Positions 1 to 11,846 of a stretch of 64,000 nt of DNA are shown piece after piece. How positions within the stretch are numbered: the stretch's first letter is position 1; each line of letters opens with the position of its first letter. A model generated the notes under the pieces. The model was not told the DNA's origin, searched no databases, and was given only the letters and a program-made list of their open reading frames with translations. The position numbers and the translations under genes are program-made. The DNA comes from Lepidodermella squamata. Taxonomy: Eukaryota > Animalia > Gastrotricha. The stretch is from the NCBI GenBank assembly GCA_047495785.1, contig JBLDXI010000021.1, positions 558,001 to 622,000 of the forward strand, written 5' to 3'.

Positions 1-2
1 CC

Positions 3-185
3 GCAAACGGCAACGGAAATGGCAATGGCAATGGCAATGGCAAAGCCAAAAGTCATTCACGGTCTCGTAGCCACTCGCGCAGCCGAAGCGCTAGTCACAG
101 CCCGAGCCGAAGCCGATCACGAAGTGGCAGCCCAAGGGCTAATGGCAACTGGAACGGAAACGGCGACGAGGAAAAGAGCAATTGA
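3..185 (+). CDS. 3' end of an RS-domain (SR-type) protein, 5'-truncated by the window
   Basis: Frame 3 reads ANGNGNGNGNGNGKAKSHSRSRSHSRSRSASHSPSRSRSRSGSPRANGNWNGNGDEEKSN*, with TGA at 183-185. It is absent from the ORF track because there is no start codon. Confidence 0.75.
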   Translation, partial: ANGNGNGNGNGNGKAKSHSRSRSHSRSRSASHSPSRSRSRSGSPRANGNWNGNGDEEKSN

Positions 186-414
186 AGGCCAAAGGCTGTC
201 AAAATTGAACTGAAGTGTTGTACCTAGTGGGCTAATTTTTTGTTCTAGGTGTTCTGGTGTATACTGTTTTTACATAGTTAAATGTAAAAATGTTAGTTGC
301 TTTAAGAAGTTCGATTCAATATTACACATAATGTTACAGGACATATAAAAACGTTGTTTCATGAACAAGTTGGTTCTTTTTGTGTTTTAGGCAATAAAAT
401 TTTCTGTATTGAGA

Positions 415-2415
415 ATGATGCTTTCGGCACAAAATCTTTTGCCTCGCTTGCCTGTTCCGAAATTGGCGGAAAGTCTGACCCGATTTCTTCGAGCTGTGAA
501 GCCGCTGTTGTCCGAGCCCGAGTACTCCGAAACAGAATCAGCTGTATCAGAATTTGTCAACTCGGGCATTGGACCGAAATTGCAAGCTCATTTGGAACAG
601 CGAGCAGCCAACCCTGATACGGATAATTGGCTCTCTGACTGGTGGTTGAAAGCTGCCTACCTCGAATATCGATACCCGCTGCTATTTTTCTCAAATCCAT
701 CCTATTTCCTACCTCCACAGCAGTTCAGGTATAATCAAATAAAATCATGAATAATTTCGGTTTTGATGGTGAGGTGATGAAAAAATTCCCGTAATTTCTG
801 TGAATTTTATTTCGCATCGTAAAGCCACTTGGTTCTAATTCGAATTTTTACTTATTAACACAGTTCACCTGAGGATCAATTCCGTTTGGCATCTGGAGTT
901 ATATCGGCAGCTTTGGATTACCGCACCCGGATTGCGAGGCATGAGCTTGCTCCCGAGGTTGTCGGAAAAGATCGCCGGCTATGCATGTCCCAATACACCA
1001 AGCTATTTGACAGCTGTCGAGTGCCTGCCCCGGAGGTTGATAAATTGATTTCCGGTGATTATTCAAAGCCTGTAACTGGAAAACCAAAAAGTGTCGACGT
1101 TGTTTTGATGTATCGCAATCGGTTCTTCAACTTAACAGTTGACAGTGCTACGGCTGATCCTCAGTCGATTTTTGACTCTATCATCAGTCTGAAGCAGCAT
1201 TCAAAAGCTACTCCGGACACCCCGATCGGAATTTTAACCTCATGGCACCGTGACAAGTGGGCTGTTGCTCATGAAAAACTAGAAAAAGCCCACCAGTTGA
1301 ACGCAGTTAGTTTGGAGGCTGTTCGGCGCTGCGCTTTTGTAGTTTGCCTGGATTCACAGCCACTAAAGCCCGAAAATGGCAATTATTCGCGATTTACTCG
1401 CAGCTTTGACCTCGTATTACATGGCGGCGGTTCTTCGGCCAATACAGGCAATCGGTGGTTTGATAAAACCGTTCAATTTATCATCAGCCAAGATGGCATG
1501 TGGGGCGTTTGCCAGGAGCACGCGCCTTGTGAAGCGCTCCCAGTTGTAGCTTTGGCTGATTATGTGGGTTCTGCATTATTGAAACAACCCCACGTCTGGC
1601 GTAATTTAGCATCGGGTCGAGATGCTCGCATGAAAATGAAACAACTGCAATTCAAGCTCACGCCTGAACTTGAGGAGGCGATTTCCGCCGCGGCCCGAGA
1701 TGCTGATACGTTGATTTCAGACCTCGAGACGTATGTCAATGTATTCGATGGTTGGGGTCGCGATGGCGCAAAAGCTTTATCAATATCCGCAGATGGTTTA
1801 GTCCAAATGGCTATGCAGCTTGCTTTCTATCGTTTGCACGGAACTCCAGCGTCGTGTTATGAAACCGGGTCCACCCGCCGATTCCGGCTCGGTCGAACTG
1901 ACACGATTCGCCCGTGTTCGAATGAATCACTCGCTCTATGTCAAGAATTGTCTAGCAAACATAACGTCAAAACTGACGTTGCTAAACAGCTCTTGACCAA
2001 AGCATTGGCCGCACACAACGAATATTCGAATGCTGTGTTGACCGGGCAAGCTTTTGATCGTCACTTTCTGGGATTGAGGCGGACTGCTGCTGAATTAGGC
2101 ATTCCTCAACCGGCCCTTTTCGCCGATAAGGGCTATCAAAAGGCAGTTAATTATTTGATTTCATCGAGCCAAGTTTCGTCGAATTTCGACGATGCGGCTA
2201 TGGGTTATGGTCCTCTTTCACCGGAAGGCTACGGCTGCTGCTACAGCATTCGGGCGAATCGGGTCGTTTTTTCGATTTCGTCATGGCGCTCGTGCTCGAC
2301 CACCGATTCGCGGCGTTATGCTACTGCATTGAATGACGCACTCACCCAGCTGTTCCAAATCGCAAGCTCGGGCAGCAAATCGAAGAAAAGTGCTACGCGC
2401 CCAGCCAGTCTATAA
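415..2415 (+). CDS. CRAT: Carnitine O-acetyltransferase-like (choline/carnitine acyltransferase family), 2 exons
   Basis: Motifs LPRLPVP, NWLSDWW..AYL, NRWFDK, catalytic EHAPCE, GRTDTIR, DRHFLGL and GYGCCY. GT-AG intron 729-863 joins the two ORFs in frame. C-terminus is -ASL. Confidence 0.85.
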
Positions 2416-2678
2416 TCAAAAGCTTCCTCATCAACTGTTAATTTATTCTTTTGTTCTCTTTGTATACCGGTCCAATCGACTGCGACACAATGTCATGCAA
2501 GTGGCAAATCCTCAATTATAGAGCCTCGTGATTATAGAAATACAATCGCTGACGGTGCTAGTTTATTTTCGAACCAAAGATATAATGATTAAAAGATTGA
2601 ACCTGTTTGAAAAATTGCGTTTTCTGCCATAGATTTTACATTAAAGACACTATAAGGCCCACCATCAGCCCATGAACC

Positions 2679-5591
2679 ATGTCCGAGCTGCGCGAATCGC
2701 CTCCTAGAAAAGATGCAACTATCCAAAGTATATCATCAACAACAACTTTTGTACGTTGAAATCCTCCTTAATTTTCCGCTTTTTTTAAATGAAATTATTT
2801 CTATTCAGCTGAGTGAAGACACAGAGTCGACTTTTGTACGAACCCCGAGTAATTCAATTAGCCGAACAGTTTCAACGCCACGCTTAGATCAACAAGATAA
2901 CAGTATTGCCGATGATCTCACGCTGTCAGCGCCAACACCATCACAGCACGTGGACTCTCCTAAGCGCGAACTGCCTTGCGTGGTCGAAGATGAAAAACGT
3001 CGGCTAAGAAAAGGGCGATTGTTTTTCGCAGCCCTTTGCACTATTTTTCTCTTTCAATTCGCCTTCGTATCTGGCTATACCCCGAGTATTCTATCCGCTC
3101 TTGAAGTTCGCTATGGACTCAGTTCTACCCAAGTCGCTATTATTCTGAGTGCTTACGATGCCGGAGGTCTAATTGCTGCTATCCCAATTAGCTATGTAGG
3201 AGGCTCCACGGTCGCCCATCGCCCTATTTGGATCGGTGTTTCAGGGTTGATTATGGGCGTTGCTTCGCTAATTTGGGCGATCCCTGATTTTTACGGCGGC
3301 CTCTACTCGCCGGAAGATGCTTCCTATGGACCTGGAAGCAACAGTTCCTCGTCGCCGATCTCTGCCTACTGCTCAGCCAACGCGTCTCTTTTTGATTGCG
3401 CGAAAGACGCTAACTCAACGTCAATTAGCGAGGATACCGCAGCAGTTTCTCTGGCAATATTTGTTATTGGCCATGCAATTTCAGGGGCTAGTGCGATGAC
3501 CCCACTAGCCCTGGGCCCTCCTTTCATGCAAGACGCTCTTCCAGCCAAATCTTTCGCACTTTACCTTGGCGTGTTATACTCGACTACCGCAATTGGCCCG
3601 GTTCTAGGTTTCGGCTTAGGCGCTGCTTGTCAGTCGATTTACGTAGATTTCGTTTACTACCTAACAAACACATCCGTCGCCAGTCCAAATTTGACAACTT
3701 CCAGCCCTGCCTGGGTCGGTGCTTGGTGGCTCGGCTACTTGATTTTGTCGTTATGCCTCTTTCTATCATCGATTCCCTTCTTCTTTTTCCCACGCTCCCT
3801 TGCCAGCAAGGCAATGTCGACGAAAAACAGTGACAACAACTTTCCTTCGTCACCCTCAAATACATCGAATTTTTCACCAAATCGAACTCAAAATTCTATC
3901 ACCTCTTTGGTGGACAGTCCGAAGAAAAATGAATACGGCGAGAATGAAGAGGAAGACGAAAACGATATGGTTTTGCCTTCACTGAATGAAGCACCCCGAG
4001 AATTGTTTAAAGACGCTTGGTCGCTATTGAAAAACCCGGTCTGGATTCTTAATAACGTAATTTTTGTGGCAGTCTCGTCACCTGTCAGCGGCTTCATTGC
4101 TTACCTGAAAAAATACATGGAATCGATGTTTGGTTATTCGGCTCCGACTGCTTCTCTGCTGATGGGTGGTATTTTGGTACCAGCAGCCGCACTCGGCGTC
4201 GCTGGTGGCGGATACGTGAATAAGAAGTTTGGCGGCCATTTCGCCAAAATTTCAGCTCGCCATATCCTTTATTCACTGGTTGCTTGTAGCTGCCTGGTTG
4301 TCATGATGCTTGTTCGATGCCCGAACAACGCTGTCGTCGGCATTCATGTGCCGTATTTCACCAAACCTCAGGGAGATATTGGTCCGTTCGCTCCTATCGG
4401 TGGTAGCACATCGCATGGGAAGGTTTTCCCGGTTGGGCTCGACAATGATTGCAATTCGAAATGCTCTTGCAATCCATATCACTACGACCCAATCTGTGGC
4501 TCGGATGGTTTCACTTATTTCTCGGGCTGTTATGCTGGTTGCCAATCACCGCCTCAGTTGTCTAAAAGTGGAGGTTTGTCTAATTGATCATTAAAAAACA
4601 TTTTCGACGTAATTTATTTAAAAAAAACAGCTGGTCTGCTGATTTATGAGGTTACTAAATTGACAACTTTCAGCTTTGCTTTCTAGCGCCATGCTTTTAT
4701 TGGGATCTCGAGTGTTACTTGGTTCCCACGCCGCCTTTGGCATGAAAATTATTAGCTTCTGAAGTTTCTTGTTTTTTTATTTATTTGGAAATATTATTTT
4801 TGGCGATAGTCTTGATCAAATTTTGAAATTTGAAATGAATATTCTTTCCTTTTTCAGACTTCTCTACGTGTAAATGCATCGCCAACTTGAAGAACTCAAC
4901 TTCTGTGCCAAATCAATCTACACCAGCGAGTTTGATTTCTTCGTTTGGAATCGCTACAACTGGCGCTTGTACTGCGTGTTTGACATCAGCCGCCATTTTC
5001 TTAGCTGTCACATTTGTTGCTACACTAGCGATGAGCTTTGGCCATAACGGCACTATGCTAATGCTCTTGCGGTCAATTCCTCGCAGCAAACGAGCTTTGT
5101 CTCTCGGACTTCATAACGTGTTGTTCAAACTATTTGCTGCCATTCCAGCTCCACTGCTTTTCGGCCGGGCTGTGGATTCAGCGTGTATTTTCACCTCCTC
5201 GAGTCGTTGCAAAGGCCAAGGTGGTAGTTCTGATTTGGCTGCTACTGGTAAGTTAAGGTGGATTTTCTTAGATTTTTCCTATAATTTTGCGAATTTAGGA
5301 ACTTATTGTCTGCTTTACGAGGCTGATCGACTTGCTACCGCTGTTTTCGGACTTGCGTTCGGTTATTGCGGTGTTGCTGTGCTATTCCTTATCCTATTAT
5401 TTACCTATCTGATGCGGAACCGCTGGAGTTCTGTTGCGAAGAAGTATATGACAGGGCCGGACAGTTTGTGCCGTCGATTCGCCAGATCGAAAAAAGCTCA
5501 GTCTGCGAGCTGCCGCCGTCGTCCATCCGATGTCGGTTCATCTGGCGATCCGCTGGCAGAAGCTGCGAATACGCCCTCGAATCAGCAATGA
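2679..5591 (+). CDS. Organic anion transporting polypeptide (SLCO/OATP family)
   Basis: Multiple TM segments, OATP signature WVGAWWLGY and a Kazal-like CN..CSC...YDPICGSDGFTYFSGCYAGC loop. Introns inferred near 2751-2808, 4574-4857 and 5248-5298. Start codon is inferred. Confidence 0.9.
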
Positions 5592-6207
5592 TGGAAACAT
5601 CGCTGCAGTGTTTTATGACTCGACTTCAATAGTCGACGATTTCGCCTGTAATAGGCATATTTAACTGACATTTTCTGCATTTTCCAGCGGATCCACTATC
5701 GCAGGTGTATTACAAATATTTGTTGCTCATCAATATATGACTGACTTGCTATATTCGAGCTTCCGTAACTCATTACAAATTTATATCAAAAACAGAGAAC
5801 GAAAATTTTTTAGCTATGATTTTGTGCGAATCTTCCAACTTTTCGCGCCCTGTGATGTTATTTTGCTGCAAATTATTGCCGTCTATTATGAAAGTTAATT
5901 TTTTTTTAATTTTTTCTCTGTCTCTGACAAACGCCGGTTTACAAGATATTTTTATATTATTGACATTACGAATCTGCTAACTTCATTCCGAATCTTATCC
6001 TCATGTGTCATGAGGGCCGGATCTCTTGTGACAGTGGAATTTACTATACTCGCGCGGGTTTTAACTATGCACGACATCTTGCCAACAATTAATTTGAAAT
6101 TATTACCAAAGTTTCGTTTTTAATTTTTTGACACAGTGTTTATACAAAAAGAAACGAGATAACAGCTACGTAATTAGTTTTTTATTTTGTTTTAGGCCAG
6201 TATTAAC

Positions 6208-7196
6208 ATGTCTAGATCATTCTATTTCTTATCGAGTTTTACTCAAAATTTGGTCGATGGTGCTCCTACCGCAAATTCGTCAGGTTCTTCGCTTCAAATT
6301 TTGTCAAATTCAGTCTCGGTTTATCAGCCAATATCAGAGTCGCAATTAGTCCTACCCGATGCGGCGAGATGTATAGCTGTTAGAGCGTTTTTACGACTTG
6401 TCGGTATCTCTTTCAGCGTCGCTGAAATCACAAATAGTCATGACGCATCGCCCTCGGGTACCGTGCCATTCATCGTCGCAGAAAACGGCTCGCTAGCCGT
6501 GGCCGAATGGAAACCAATAATCAAATGGGCGCAAATGAATGGCCGGAGGGTGCAATCCGGGGATCAATATGCTGCGGACGTTGCAATATGGTCGCAGGCG
6601 GTCGACCAACCGCTTCATTTAGCTGAACTTCAGGTCATTTATGAATGGGAGGAGAATTTTGTGAAATATACAGCCCCACGTATCGGCTCGGCAAATGCTT
6701 GGCCTCTATCCTGGGCCATCCCCAAACGGCGTAGGAATGAAGCTTTAGGTAAATTGATGGATATATATTCGGTTTTATGGGACAATTTTTATTTTTTTTA
6801 GATGAGTTGAAGGCGACTGGCCAGCTGTTTGGTTCTTCATCTTCGCCTTTTGAAGGTGCTGAGCGGCTTTTAACAGCAATATCCCTACGGCTTAAGGACA
6901 AAGACGGGTGGTTGGCGTCGGGTAATGAAGTCGGTCCTAGCGAGGCTGATTGTCTCTTGTATGGTCATCTCCGAGCAATTCTCGACTCGCCGTTGCCCCG
7001 CGATGACCTTCGAGAGCTAGTCACTAGCAAACCAGCTCTCGTTAAATTTTGCTCTCGATTCTCGGAAGCCCTCGAAGTTCGGTCCAACGGGTCAGTTTCG
7101 GACACGACCGAGCGACCTCCAAGCGAACAACTCATTATTCCAAGCAGCCGCCTGCGTACGATTTCTCGAGATACAGATGCCAGCAGCGAGAAATAG
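6208..7196 (+). CDS. MTX2: Metaxin (metaxin-2-like mitochondrial outer-membrane GST-fold protein)
   Basis: Motifs VYQP....QLVLPDAARCIAVRAFL, SPSGTVPFI, WPLSW and PSEADCLLYGHL. Intron 6749-6801 joins the two ORFs. Confidence 0.75.
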
Positions 7197-7357
7197 GTCT
7201 TTCATGCGAAAAATTATATATGATTTACTCTTCTACGCTTCTATCTCCCAAAATTATCCGTGTGCTGTTGTGCTGACATACTGACTCTAGTAAAACTTTT
7301 ATTTGAGTGCTAAAATGACACGATTTTTGTTGATTCTAGGTTCATTTTTGGTTTATT

Positions 7358-10300
7358 ATGATTGCCGCTGAAAATGGCGATGGTGAGCAAGATGGTGCGT
7401 ACGGAGATGGCGGTGCTTCGGCCTTGTTGCCGTGGAACAACGGCGGTGGGGACGCGTTTTCGGCCCCACCCCCGGCCCCGAACGCGGTCGTGAGTGGCTA
7501 CGTCAGTTTTGCTCAATTACTTGAATCTGCGGTGCATGGCATGTTTCAACATCTCCAAATTCTCGGCGACATCCTACCTCGAAAAACCGATAGCGAACGC
7601 AAAGTTGCAGTTGCCCAATTCGCGTTGAGAACTCGAATGTTATGCATTCGGCTGCTAGCCGTTCTCGACTGGGTCAGTTCAAACGGCCCGCGCGTCGACC
7701 GTTGTGCTCACATTGTGAACCTGCTGAGTAAACAAGGCGTTCAGCTGATTGACTGTGCCGATAAATTGGCCGAATTATCTCGCAATACACTGCCCTCAGT
7801 GTGCCTGCCTCCATTTTCCGTCTACCAAGCTGTTAGCGTTCTGGTCAATCCTATCGAAGGACTGCGGTTACCAACCTGCATCCGAGAACGTTTCACGTCG
7901 AAAAATCCGTTGACTGATGATGAGAAACTGTTTGTTGTAAGGCAGTTGAATCAACTGATCGAAACGAGACTGGTTTCGTGTGAAATACCTCCTAGACTCC
8001 TGAAGAATCTACGAGTTTCGGACGGTTGCTTACAACTGAAAGTTGACAGCGAATTCGAAGCTCGACTTACTTTGATGTCATTCGACCAAAACTGCCCGTG
8101 GCGTTTGTTAGATCTAGCAATTATCGTCAACGACCCAGGTGCAGCGGGTAGCGATGTAGCCCTGGTTCATCGCCGCCAGCTTGATCTCCTGTGCCAACTT
8201 GTTCAAAACCGACTGCTATCGGTAGAAGAAAGCGACCATTCGCAGCCGCTGGTTGTGTTGTATAACATGTTACATTCCTTCTGTCTTTCACTTCAACTCG
8301 AACTTCTCATCGATCATTCGAACCAGCTGGTTCGATCACGCTATTCGGAATCGATCGCAGTTTCGCGTCAATCGCAACGGACTTTGACGTTGACCTACTG
8401 GTCGGTTCCTATTCAAACCTCATCTTCAGCAGTTGGCTCGGCCCAGGCCACCCAAATCTTCACTCTAAGCGTTGTAGCCAGTGATGCTCGGCCTTATTTG
8501 TTGGTCGAACATGTCCCTGCTCTGCCAAACGCCCCGAAAGTGGTGAAGCCGTCTAAATTGAACATGTACTGGCTTCTTACGCAAACATTGCACTGCCGAG
8601 CGCAAAATATGCTCGACCGATTGATGGTATCAATCACTGCTGTAACGACCCCCGAAAGTCTTATCGGTGGCGGTGGGGCAGTTTCACTTGAACATTCGAT
8701 AACTAATGGAAATACATTGCGACCAATTCTTCGCCTGGATCTCGTCTCACCCAATGGTCCGACAGATCAAATTGTTGAGGTAGGTGCAGCTTAATTCATA
8801 TTTCTGACAAAAATTAAGTTGGGGTTTTTATTCTAGGTATCGCTGGACGCGAGGCGAGGGACATTGCGTTGCACAAACCCGATAATTCCACGACAAATCT
8901 TGTCTGACTTCGACTCAGCAATTCGACATTTCACGTTCCCGCAACCGCCATCCACTTCGGTGTCAACCCCGAGCATATTGCCGCAAATTTTCTCCACGAG
9001 TTTGTTCCAAGCGCGAACTGTGGTTATGTTGAGCCGGCTGCTATCCTCGGCTCGCCGGTTAGGACTATCAGCTCGCATAGCTAACCACCATTCTTTGACC
9101 CCAGCGATTTCGGATTCGGAGGAAAATACTGCGGAATCATCGACTCAACAGGCTCTATGGGTTCCTATTAGCATTCCATCAGTGCGGTTGTCATCCGCCT
9201 TTACTTGCTCACTCGAGTCTTCGAAGAGCGGGTTGGCCGATGTCTGCCTTCACCAGCTCGATACGCCGGGCGAAGGTGCTCAAGAGGCGAAGAATTCTGA
9301 CTGGTTTACGATAAACGATCGGCGGACGCCCACCGCTTCCGGCTACATGTGTTCGCGGTTGAATCTCGACGCAGTTTTAGCCACGACTTATGCCACGCTC
9401 GCCAACCCACCCTCGACTCATCAACACGGCTCGACTGATTTGATCCTCGCCCATCGTCAGTTGGTTGTTACGATGTCGTTCTGCCAACAACGGACAGCTC
9501 TTGCGAGTTTGGAGTTGTCGCTGAGAAAAATCGGGTTTCAAACAGCCGGAGTGTCAGTTGACTGGTCAACGGGTCAGCAGTCGCTCCTACTCACTGGGGT
9601 GGTCTCATCACCGTCTACCATGCTATCACGCGCTCTTGAAACGCGGCTCCTTCACTGTAAAGTCACCTGGGAGTTGCCTAGAAGTGAACGTTGGTTCATC
9701 AGTGCGATTTTGATCAGCACAATCCCCGTCCCGCCAGCTTCTTTGGCATCGCCTTCTAACTCGAACCAGACCTCAAAATCATCGATTTATTTCCCACTGT
9801 CGTTCCACCTCGACCCGGTAACTGGTGGGCAATTGTCGCCATCGGCTGTTTTCGATCGAACAGCCACCCTAATTTCGTATACTTTGGACTCGGCGGCTCA
9901 GTTATTGTCACTATTGGTGCCTCTTGACAACCCTGCTAAGCCTTCGCCGATTCAGTCTCTCGAAATACAATCGCAAAGAGCGAACGTAGCTTTGCGTTAC
10001 GGGCAAAATTACACCGTAACTGTCAGTGTCTCTCGGACCCCGGTTCCGATGGGATCAGGCTCATCAGCCGGTGCTGTCGTAGCGTGGCATTATTCCGTGA
10101 TATTCGGGCCCGGAAGTCCTCATGCTGCGCTTCGACAAATTTTTCACTCTTGGTTCTCCCGTACTCTTGATTTAGCTGGTCTTTTGCTCATCCTCGAAGA
10201 AACTGCATCAACGATGAGCTGTCTTCGTACGATCCTTTCTAACTCGACTCTTGTGCAATTGCCTCTTACGATGGATTCACGCCGTTTAGCGTCGTTTCTA

Positions 10301-11611
10301 GGCGGCAATAGTAACCAGCAATCCGGGGGTAATACTGCTGGAGGCATGTTAGTCCCGTCTGTTGCAATAATTCCTATGTCGCCCGTTCTTGTTCGACTGG
10401 TTTATCATGGCTGTCTTGCGTTCTCGATTCGACTTATGCCGAATAAATACGTTGAGTTGCAGCATTGCCCGAACGGCGTTCCAGCCTTCACGTTACCATC
10501 ACCCTCTCAGGACCCGAACCAAGCACCTCTGGACCCGTCTTTGACACCTAAAGCGCTCGCCCTACCCTCAGCGTATGTCACCAAAATTTTATCTGCCCTA
10601 TCTGCCGACTCATCTGCATGTACCATCTCACCGCATCGCCAAGCTGAGGAAGCGGCGAAAAGCGCGCAACTGGCGTCCAAGAATCCACTAGCGACTGTTC
10701 TCGCATCTGAGCGGTTCGAATGGGTGGTTTCAAGCGGTCGATTGGAGAGCATGCTAACCAACGCAATGGCTTTCTACTCGCTGGAAACGGCTCTTCACGA
10801 GCCGAATGCGCCGTCTACAATCGCTATGGGCACGCTGCCGTTCACTTCTAGAACAGCTGTAAATAGGGACGCTTCTAACTTGACAGAAACGCCGCCGTTG
10901 ATCCTCGTAAATCCAGTTGTGCAAGTAACGGTATCGCTCCATCTTAAAAACGCTGCTCATGATAAATCTGTGTTCAAAATCGCCTCATCTACCCCCGAAC
11001 CTGATTCGCTTGTCCCGCAAAGCCCTAGCGGCGGTTTGCCACCCCTGTACCCGTGCGATTGTCAGATTTTGGACGATTATTTGGCGCGAGATTGCGAAAT
11101 GTCGGTCGATTCTTCGTCAGCCGCATCGACAACTCGGCTGGTTTCTTTACTTCGAATTTTATCTCAGCCATTACCGATTATCCGCGACTTTTTGTCTCTG
11201 ATGGCACTGGCTTTGCAACCCGAGGCGAGTGCGTCTTGCCGCTTATGGTTCCCGCTAACGTTTGGCGCCGGCCGTTCGTCTGGCCAGTCCGCCAAAGCGC
11301 CGGTATCATGCCCTACCAGGACTCGGATAAATTTTACTGTGGAGCTATCGAGAAACCCCACGAATCAATCGAATCAGGCCACGCAAGCTCAACAAAATGG
11401 CCCGATCCGGTTGCAGGCGGTTTACGATCATTCGTCTTACGCGTTTACGGTCCATCTCAGCTCTGAGCAACAGCAGCCGCTGATTAATACGCCGGTCCTG
11501 GCCGACCAGCTTAACAGTCTGCTTCAACGCACGATGCAGCAAGCTTCGGTGAACCAGCAAACGCCGCTGTACCCTGTTTTAAGTGAAATCGCCGCTGATA
11601 TGAGACTGTAA
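7358..11611 (+). CDS. MED14: Mediator subunit 14
   Basis: N-terminal Med14 domain: LPRKTDSERK...FALRTRMLCIRLLAVLDW, ADKL, RLPTCIRE, EFEARLTLM...PWRLL, LHSFCLSLQLE. Intron 8780-8836 joins the two ORFs in frame. Confidence 0.9.
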
Positions 11612-11846
11612 TTAGATGACCCGATGATAATAATTTTGACACGACATGATTATGTCTTCTATTTAAACGTTATTCCGCGGTCGAAAACTTTCTCTTGTCA
11701 TTCCCATGTACACTTATTTGAGCGTTTTCGATGCTTTTATGTATAAGAAAACTACAACGGTTGTTTATAAAAATTGGAAGGAAATTAAACTTGATAACAA
11801 TTCAATTTTTATGTCGTTCCATAGGCAGCTTAGACACTAGTTGAAG

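Noticed and set aside
19-213. ORF-track protein MAMAMAMAK...
   Set aside because: Wrong frame; the RS/NG-repeat frame (3-185) explains the periodicity.
729-863. Box C-like GTGATGA in the CRAT intron
   Set aside because: No downstream box D (CTGA) or terminal stem.
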